A DNA stretch of 35,729 bases from Ohtaekwangia sp. GTDB taxonomy: Bacteria > Bacteroidota > Bacteroidia > Cytophagales > Cyclobacteriaceae. The translations under genes and the position numbers were made by a program. Under the pieces are notes generated by a model. It was not told where the DNA came from. It did not search any database and saw only the letters and a list, made by a program, of their open reading frames with translations. Shown here one piece after another: positions 1 to 6,581 of the stretch. The stretch lies in NCBI GenBank assembly GCA_035628815.1, contig DASPJC010000293.1:1-35729 (forward strand), given 5' to 3'. The first letter of the stretch is position 1. Each line of letters begins with the position of its first letter.

Positions 1-1
1 C

Positions 2-337
2 TGCCTCGGACTGTGGGGTCTTGCCGCATTCACGACTACGCAAAAGCTCAAGGAAATCGGTATTCGCAAAGTGCTCGGTGCTTCCGTGCGCAGCATCATG
101 TCATTGTTGTCCTGGCAGTTCTTCAAACTGGTATTGATCGCCAGCGTCATCGCCCTGCCATTGACCTGGTACGGAATAGACACGTGGCTGGATAATTTTG
201 CATTCCGCATCGGACTGAAATGGGACTTGTTCGTCGTGCCGGTTGTAATCCTTGCCGTGATCGCCCTTGGCACCGTAAGCCTCCAGATACTCCGTGGTGC
301 CAACATCAATCCCGCCAAGATCCTTCGTAGCGAATGA
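2..337 (+). CDS. ABC transporter permease (FtsX/MacB-like), C-terminal part; 5'-truncated by the window edge
   Basis: Frame is open from base 2: CLGLWGLAAFTTTQKLKEIGIRKVLGAS...WLDNFAFRI...ANINPAKILRSE. KEIGIRKVLGAS and NPxxxLRxE are typical ends of Bacteroidota FtsX-type permeases. Confidence 0.9.
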   Translation, partial: CLGLWGLAAFTTTQKLKEIGIRKVLGASVRSIMSLLSWQFFKLVLIASVIALPLTWYGIDTWLDNFAFRIGLKWDLFVVPVVILAVIALGTVSLQILRGANINPAKILRSE

Positions 338-407
338 GCGAACCTAACGGGGCGGTTAACTGACCGGGACGATCCGCAAAATCGTTCCGTATTTTTCTTT
401 TTCATCC

Positions 408-415
408 TACCTTTG
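408..415 (+). promoter_or_regulatory. Bacteroidota -7 promoter element (TACCTTTG) for the globin gene
   Basis: Exact TAnnTTTG match ending 6 nt before the ATG at 422. Confidence 0.55.
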
Positions 416-421
416 GCCGGT

Positions 422-811
422 ATGGAAACAACACTTTTTGAACGCCTGGGTGAACAGAATCTCCGGCTGATGCTTGATCGCTTTTATGATCTTGTCTTTG
501 CGCATGAACAGATCGGCCCGTTGTTCAAAACCGACAAGACAGTGATAAAAGAAAAACAACGGCTGTTTCTGACACAGTTCCTCGGTGGCCCGCCGCTGTA
601 TTCCGAAAAATATGGACATCCAAGGCTGCGGGCGCGCCATTTGCCCCATCCGATCACACAACAGGACGCCGAGGCGTGGCTTTCGTGCATGTTAGCGGCC
701 ATCAAGGCACTTCCTGTAGAGGATGCGTTGAAAGATGAATTGTTTCAACGTTTCATTTCACCCGCAATGTTCATGGTCAACACGGGGAATGATGATGGGG
801 CAGGGGGATAA
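422..811 (+). CDS. Group II truncated hemoglobin (GlbO/YjbI-like)
   Basis: FYDLV...IGPLF, FLTQFLGGPPLYSEKYGHPRLRARHLPHPI and A.AWL.CM motifs of 2/2 group II globins. ATG at 422 preferred over the TTG at 413, which lies inside the promoter element. Confidence 0.92.
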   Translation: METTLFERLGEQNLRLMLDRFYDLVFAHEQIGPLFKTDKTVIKEKQRLFLTQFLGGPPLYSEKYGHPRLRARHLPHPITQQDAEAWLSCMLAAIKALPVEDALKDELFQRFISPAMFMVNTGNDDGAGG

Positions 812-974
812 TTTTTTTAACTGACCATTAAAGGCTATCTTTCGATAATTAAGCAAGTCCGGTTTCCGCTCTCACAACACTTTTAGCACTTTGCTTCTTC
901 TCGGCATTCCGTTATTCTGAAGTGAAAAGAATTCACCGCGATTTCACATCTCGATTATTCGTTAAAAATTATTT

Positions 975-1259
975 ATGTCAGATATTATCTTACGAAAACC
1001 GTACAAAATACTGGAGTACCGGCATGAACGGTACGCGGCTCACTACAACATTCCTTCAGCTTCATGCGTAGTCATTCCTGTGAAAAGCTTTGGCGACGAT
1101 TTTAGCTGCGATGTCCGGTGGCAGGATGAATTGGGCGAACAGCACATCAAGGAAAACCTTTTCTTTCACCGCGAGAATCTTGCGCCGATCGACCCGATGA
1201 TGAACTACAATCTCTACGAAATCTGGAATGCGTACTACGGCAAGGCAAGCGCACTGTAG
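975..1259 (+). CDS. Hypothetical protein (94 aa)
   Basis: ATG preceded by an AT-rich tract; protein-like composition; fills the gap between neighbouring genes. Family not recognised. Confidence 0.7.
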   Translation: MSDIILRKPYKILEYRHERYAAHYNIPSASCVVIPVKSFGDDFSCDVRWQDELGEQHIKENLFFHRENLAPIDPMMNYNLYEIWNAYYGKASAL

Positions 1260-1297
1260 AGGGTTCATAAGGCTGATTTTTGACGAACCTCATAAAC

Positions 1298-1328
1298 AAA
1301 AAAAAGCCACCGTTATCGCGATAGCTTT
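1298..1328 (-). terminator. Intrinsic terminator for the 1346-1597 gene
   Basis: Minus strand reads AAGCTATCG-CGATAA-CGGTGGCTT followed by a T run: a 9-bp stem with G-U pairs, about 17 nt after the stop codon. Confidence 0.7.
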
Positions 1329-1345
1329 ATTGGTTTCATGGCCGC

Positions 1346-1597
1346 TTAGAAACTTGCTCTGAAATCCTTCTCGAGGTATTGATTAAGGTTGATCAGGCCA
1401 CTGATCATGTTCAATTTCTCAGGAGCATCTTCGGATCTGTCGTTCTGGTAGAATACCTCTACGAAAAGATCATCAATCATGTACAGGTAGATTTTACGGC
1501 CGTCCTTCAACCGGGTACCCAGACCGACGGCTTTTCTTTTAAGATAGCTTACCTGTTTCTCTAAGGACAGTTGGCGGAAAATGAACTTGCGGATCAT
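1346..1597 (-). CDS. Hypothetical protein (83 aa), small Bacteroidota-type protein
   Basis: MIRKFIFRQLSLEKQ...YLYMIDDLFVEVFY pattern resembles small conserved Bacteroidota hypotheticals; followed by a terminator. ATG at 1597 chosen as start. Confidence 0.75.
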   Translation of the reverse strand: MIRKFIFRQLSLEKQVSYLKRKAVGLGTRLKDGRKIYLYMIDDLFVEVFYQNDRSEDAPEKLNMISGLINLNQYLEKDFRASF

Positions 1598-1761
1598 AAG
1601 GGTTAGTTTTTTCCGGATGTAATGCGAATAGCCAGCCATAGTCTGAATATGCCAAATCCGACGATTTTGCCACTTTTCCGATTGGGATCGTCCACAATTG
1701 GGATTCCAAGCTCAGAAACTGGGAACCTCCTCCGGCATGTCGTTTTAGGGATGGATATACC

Positions 1762-2220
1762 ATGAGAACTTCAGCAATTGCGTCCGCGGCACTGGCCGGA
1801 ACATCGGCCATGACAGCATTCAGTTATGCGGTATCGGCCAATAAAGACCGGCAGTTCCGTGAGCCGGTGATCCTGCACGACCTGGCAAGTAAAGCCCTCC
1901 CGGTTTTAAGTCATCGGAATTCTACGGCTGACGGATGGGTGCTTCATTATACAGCGGGCCTGGCGTTTTGCATTGCCTATGATCGCGTATGGCGTAAAAC
2001 CACGATCAAACCTACGCTGCTTTCCGGCCTTGTGCTGGGCGGGCTTAGTGGTTTGCTGGGCGTGGCGGTCTGGAAGGTTGTATTGCGCGTTCATCCCGAT
2101 CCACCACCGTTAGACAGAAAGCGTTTTTTCGGCCACTTGCTGCCGGCACATGTGATATTCGGCATGATAGCGGCCGCGGCATATCGCATGACCATGAATA
2201 AAATAAAAAACAGCGATTGA
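1762..2220 (+). CDS. Hypothetical membrane protein (about 4 TM)
   Basis: Hydrophobic segments with GTSAMTAFSY, FREPVIL, GWVLHY.AG and AHVIFG; conserved-looking His residues within TM helices. Confidence 0.8.
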   Translation: MRTSAIASAALAGTSAMTAFSYAVSANKDRQFREPVILHDLASKALPVLSHRNSTADGWVLHYTAGLAFCIAYDRVWRKTTIKPTLLSGLVLGGLSGLLGVAVWKVVLRVHPDPPPLDRKRFFGHLLPAHVIFGMIAAAAYRMTMNKIKNSD

Positions 2221-2251
2221 GATCACCTGCTAACGTCTCGTTGTAGCGCGG

Positions 2252-3781
2252 TCAGTACGCGGCGTTAGCAAGAAATTCAAGTTCTTTTTGTAGCAAGCCC
2301 GGCTGCAGCACGATCTCATCACCAAGTTCCAGGATGTTCCCCCCTTCCAGGTCGTAGCTTTTCCACAACGGAAGGCCTTTGCCATTCGGGTTTCCTGTAG
2401 TAATAAAATTAGCCCAATAACCACTCATGCGGTCTTCCATTTCGCGATCGCGCGATTGCCACGGTCGTTCCCATTGCTGCAAGGTGTGCAATGCATAAGG
2501 AACTTCCGCGGTATGAAAAGCACCATAGTCAGGAAAGCCAGGCTTCGGGCTGGGAACAAATGTGAACTGGTAGAGGTAAGTTTTGCTTTTGTTCGTTGAT
2601 GCTAACCGATAACCCGGTAAAGCCGCAAACTGCAGCAATGCCAGTTTCACCTGCGCCCGCTTTACTTCCGAGATCGAACCTGCGGGAAACAGGGTGAGGA
2701 ATTCGTCGCGCTTTCCGGGATATTTTTTGCCGGCATCATCCCTGAATTCGGCAATGGAAATGTCGGGTGTTGATCGCAGCGCGGCATCGCCCGCAACCCA
2801 ACCGGTGATGGTCGGTACGTCCTGGTGAAGCCCATTTTTGAAATGTTGGATAATATCCATCGGCACGACATAACCATCGCGTACTGGCGCAAACGATCCG
2901 TAGGGTAGGCCTTGCGATATCTTTTGGATCTGTGCCGCGGTCTTTGAACGCAGCGCTTCAACCGTTGCCGCATTGGCTTGCTTCATGAATGTCTGACCGA
3001 TGTCTTCTGCCTGTTGCAGTGTTTTGATCGGCGAATTGCCGAGGATTCCACCACTTTGAGCAATGGCGCCATGGAAAAGCCCCTCCGTCAGCGGTGAGGC
3101 TATCAGCGCCGTCACACTCATTGAGCCGGCAGATTGCCCCGCGATCGTGACTCGCCTCGGATCACCCCCAAAGGCCGCAATGTTTTTTTGAACCCATCGG
3201 AGCGCGGCAATCTGGTCCAGCAATCCGTAATTGCCCGACGTGTTTGTTCCCGAACTCCCGGATAATTCCGGATGCGCTAAAAATCCGAAAACACCAACGC
3301 GATAATTGATACTGACAAAAACAATTCCTTTTTCGGCCATCGCGCGCCCATCATAGATAGCACAGGCCGCAGATCCCGAAACAAATCCGCCACCATATAT
3401 CCATACGAACACCGGGCGTTTGTCCTTTGCAGTTCTCGCCGCCGTCCATACATTGACATAAAGGCAATCTTCGCTCAGCGGATCTGGTGGTGCAATAAAT
3501 TCTGCGGTCCACATCTTGAAGGGAACCGGTTTTGATTGCATCGGGCTCGCCGCGAAGGTTGTACAAGCACGAATGCCTTCCCAGGACTTGACGGGTTGAG
3601 GAGCTTTCCACCGAAGATTTCCGACCGGCGGCGCGGCGAAAGGCACACCTTTAAAAACAGATACGCTCCCTGCCTGCTTGCCGGAGATGAGCCCTGCCTC
3701 CGTCCTGACAATTTTTAACTGCCCATGGCACGGCATGGCAAGTGTCATGGAACATAGCAGTAAAAGCTGAAGCTGTCTCAT
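2252..3781 (-). CDS. Carboxylesterase type B / para-nitrobenzyl esterase family, exported
   Basis: FKGVPFAAPPVGNLRW, SEDCLYVNVW, WIYGGGF oxyanion motif, GQSAG nucleophile elbow, GAFHTAEVPY; N-terminal signal peptide. Confidence 0.95.
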   Translation of the reverse strand: MRQLQLLLLCSMTLAMPCHGQLKIVRTEAGLISGKQAGSVSVFKGVPFAAPPVGNLRWKAPQPVKSWEGIRACTTFAASPMQSKPVPFKMWTAEFIAPPDPLSEDCLYVNVWTAARTAKDKRPVFVWIYGGGFVSGSAACAIYDGRAMAEKGIVFVSINYRVGVFGFLAHPELSGSSGTNTSGNYGLLDQIAALRWVQKNIAAFGGDPRRVTIAGQSAGSMSVTALIASPLTEGLFHGAIAQSGGILGNSPIKTLQQAEDIGQTFMKQANAATVEALRSKTAAQIQKISQGLPYGSFAPVRDGYVVPMDIIQHFKNGLHQDVPTITGWVAGDAALRSTPDISIAEFRDDAGKKYPGKRDEFLTLFPAGSISEVKRAQVKLALLQFAALPGYRLASTNKSKTYLYQFTFVPSPKPGFPDYGAFHTAEVPYALHTLQQWERPWQSRDREMEDRMSGYWANFITTGNPNGKGLPLWKSYDLEGGNILELGDEIVLQPGLLQKELEFLANAAY

Positions 3782-3820
3782 CGGTCATCCGTGATGGTGG
3801 TACACTATAAATATAGGGAA

Positions 3821-3828
3821 TACCTTTG
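3821..3828 (+). promoter_or_regulatory. Candidate -7 promoter element (TACCTTTG) about 200 nt upstream of the 4028 gene
   Basis: Exact TAnnTTTG match in the divergent intergenic region, oriented toward the 4028 gene. Confidence 0.45.
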
Positions 3829-3954
3829 TCAGCGTGAGGTTGTATGTCAGCGGTAATCCGTTGTTCTGCTGAAGCGTCGGTGTGGCCGGAGCATACCCTA
3901 TTTTTCAGGTTAATTTCCAAAGTCTTCAAATTATCCCTAATATTAATTTCAGAA

Positions 3955-4001
3955 GCCCATCATCTGCAGTTTTGTACAACTGCAATGATGGGCCTTTTTT
4001 T
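3955..4001 (+). terminator. Strong intrinsic-terminator-like hairpin located upstream of the 4028 start (attenuator or sRNA end)
   Basis: GCCCATCAT-C-TGCAGTT-[TTGTAC]-AACTGCA-ATGATGGGC-C-TTTTTTT: 16 bp of Watson-Crick stem with one bulge, then 7 T. Confidence 0.7.
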
Positions 4002-4027
4002 ATGCTGGATACTTTAATGCCAAGATC

Positions 4028-6571
4028 ATGTTCAACAATGTAGCGCTCGACGTTGTTACCGGACTCGTACTGATTTACCTGTTATACAGTCTCTTCATCA
4101 CGATCATTGGAGAATTCGTTTCGACCAAGCTGGGTATACGCGCGCGAATGCTTCGAATGGCTGTCGAGCGGATGTTGAATGATGGTTACTACGAAAAGGT
4201 TGAAAAGACCGCGTACAAAAAATGGCAACGGTACACGGTATTGCCAGCGCTGCTGATATGGCTGGTAAAATCGCTGTGGATGTGGTGGCCCCAATGGCTG
4301 AGAAAATCTTTTCTATACGAGCCGGAATCGTTCAAAACGAGCTTTGCCGGGAAATTTTATGCGTACACCTCGATTAAATATCTCAGCCGGATTGAAAAAA
4401 GTCATAAGGGCATGTTTGACCTGAGCAAGCCGTCATATTTCAGCGCCGATAATTTTTCCGAAACACTGATCAGCATTTTCAAGGAGAAAGGAGCGGGCGA
4501 GACTATCGCGGCCCAGATTGACTTCAGCCTTAAATTCAATACTCACCAGATCCAGCCTGAAACGCTACGGCATTTCCTTAACCAGTGGGAAAATGCAGGA
4601 CAGGACCCCGCTGTGTTTAAGACCAACCTGATGAAGTGGTTCAATGAAACCATGGACCGCACCAGCGGATGGTACAAGCGGAAGATACAGTTCATTCTCC
4701 TGGTGCTCGGACTCATCGTCTCCATCATGTTCAACGTCGACACGCTGCGCATTGCGCGGATTTTGGCCGCCGACAAAGATGCACGCAAACAGCTGGTGGA
4801 CATGAGCATTCAGTTATCAAAAGACTCGTCGCGTTATCAGAATTTCGTACAGCAAACTGCCGACTCAATCCGGGTGAGAGCACTCGATTCCGCCTATACC
4901 CGCATTACGAAAGATATTAGCAAAGCCAACGTTATCTTAGGCCTGGGATGGAATTTTAGTTCGCTGCAGGTAAGCGACGAACATACCATCGATGCTACAG
5001 AAAAAATGTATGCGCTGTTGCAGCCCCGTGTTGAACAGTACCGGCAATTGTTAAAACAGCGAAGGCTTCTGGAAGCGCGTATCCGGCAACATCGGCTGGA
5101 GCGGATTACTTCGCACAACAGTTTACACGCGCAGTTCGGCGATACGCTGATTGTTCTAAATGACCTTGCGCTCGCGGGTTACGACAGTACGAAACAACGG
5201 TTAACTAAAATATTAGTGCAAAAACGATTGAACATCGACAGCACACGCCGTCTGCGCAATACAATCCATGGAAAGATCCTCAGGGATTCTGCTGCATTGC
5301 TTAATGCCAGTGTTTACCTCAAGGCCGTCAGAGATTCCATCAATCGTGCAACAGGCAAAGGTTTTTCTTCGATCGATTCCATCATGCATAGCGGGTCGTC
5401 GGCGCCCGGCATGATCGTTTATGGAAAAAGGCAAGCCGGGTCGTGGGATAAAGTATGGTATTTTTTTAAAGGCGTCTGGCAAAACCTGGTGGGCCTGCTG
5501 ATCACCGCCATAGCACTTTCGCTGGGTGCCCCGTTCTGGTTTGGTATATTAAACAAACTTGTATCTATCCGGAGCGTCGGTGTGAAGCCGGAAGAGAAAA
5601 CGCCACCGAAGACGCCCGACAGTACCAACGTCATCGCTGTTGCGCCGGTGATTGCCCCCGTCGCCGCGGAACCCACGCCGAAAAAAGGAAAGGATCTTAT
5701 TGAAGCGGCGCTGCTGACTTTCGGACCGGCAATAAAAAAGGTCGCAGGGGTCAAAACTGTTCTTGTAGCCAGAGATAATCAAAATGCGCGGATTCTTCAG
5801 GTCAACGTTCTGGATACGCTCACCGCCGCGGAGGTCACGAAACAGTTTGGTCAGCTGAAGCTCGGAGAAACCATTGTAAGCCCGGTGATCCGGGTGACAG
5901 GAGCACCACGCACACATGCCCTTCCTGAAGGCGCGATCATCAATGCTTCGGGAATCAACGGCAAGGGGTCGCTGGGTTGTGTATTGCAGCGGGAGGACAC
6001 AAAGTCGCTGCACATTTTGTCGTGCTGGCATGTCATGAAGGGCGATCTGAATTATGCAGGCGGTGACGCGCATCGCATCATCAACGATCACAAGGGGGTA
6101 CATCTGGCAGAACGCTGGTCCGGTGGCATCCGCGATTCGTATGACTACGGTATTGCAGTATGTACGGAAACCGCTTCTGTAAAGTCAAACGTTGTGCTCA
6201 GGCATACGCTTGGGATACCCGCGGGCGCGACCCTCACGCACCGCGATATTCTGGAACGCGATCTCGATGAGCAGACCGCGATCCGCTATTTCGACATCCA
6301 TACCCAGCAGCCCGTTTCAGGAAAGATGTACGCGGAGGCCGACGAAGTTGAAATTCATTATCCGGACAAGATGAGGCTGATGAATGATGTCATCCTATTG
6401 GTCGGACCTGACGGAAGCAAATCAATCAGCAAGCCCGGCAATTCCGGCGCGGTGATTTTCGACAATGATCATCATGCTGTGGCGATCATTATCGGAGGAG
6501 ATAATGATTACACCTACGCGCTCAAACTATCCAAACTGTTTAATGTGCATCGCGAAATGACCATTGTCTAA
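4028..6571 (+). CDS. Uncharacterised membrane protein (LGAPFWF-type) fused to a C-terminal trypsin-like (Nal1-like) serine protease domain
   Basis: N-terminal TM (LDVVTGLVLIYLLYSLFITII), WFNETMDRTSGWYKRK plus TM, a helical region, TM ending SLGAPFWF, a Pro-rich linker, then GSLGCV / ILSCWHV (H668) / DYGIA (D706) / SKPGNSGAVI (S806) / AVAIIIGG. Confidence 0.85.
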   Translation: MFNNVALDVVTGLVLIYLLYSLFITIIGEFVSTKLGIRARMLRMAVERMLNDGYYEKVEKTAYKKWQRYTVLPALLIWLVKSLWMWWPQWLRKSFLYEPESFKTSFAGKFYAYTSIKYLSRIEKSHKGMFDLSKPSYFSADNFSETLISIFKEKGAGETIAAQIDFSLKFNTHQIQPETLRHFLNQWENAGQDPAVFKTNLMKWFNETMDRTSGWYKRKIQFILLVLGLIVSIMFNVDTLRIARILAADKDARKQLVDMSIQLSKDSSRYQNFVQQTADSIRVRALDSAYTRITKDISKANVILGLGWNFSSLQVSDEHTIDATEKMYALLQPRVEQYRQLLKQRRLLEARIRQHRLERITSHNSLHAQFGDTLIVLNDLALAGYDSTKQRLTKILVQKRLNIDSTRRLRNTIHGKILRDSAALLNASVYLKAVRDSINRATGKGFSSIDSIMHSGSSAPGMIVYGKRQAGSWDKVWYFFKGVWQNLVGLLITAIALSLGAPFWFGILNKLVSIRSVGVKPEEKTPPKTPDSTNVIAVAPVIAPVAAEPTPKKGKDLIEAALLTFGPAIKKVAGVKTVLVARDNQNARILQVNVLDTLTAAEVTKQFGQLKLGETIVSPVIRVTGAPRTHALPEGAIINASGINGKGSLGCVLQREDTKSLHILSCWHVMKGDLNYAGGDAHRIINDHKGVHLAERWSGGIRDSYDYGIAVCTETASVKSNVVLRHTLGIPAGATLTHRDILERDLDEQTAIRYFDIHTQQPVSGKMYAEADEVEIHYPDKMRLMNDVILLVGPDGSKSISKPGNSGAVIFDNDHHAVAIIIGGDNDYTYALKLSKLFNVHREMTIV

Positions 6572-6581
6572 TGATAAGATT

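Noticed and set aside
6564-6581. TTG start at 6564 for the large exported protein
   Set aside because: ATG 6582 gives a clean signal peptide with an AT-rich upstream tract.
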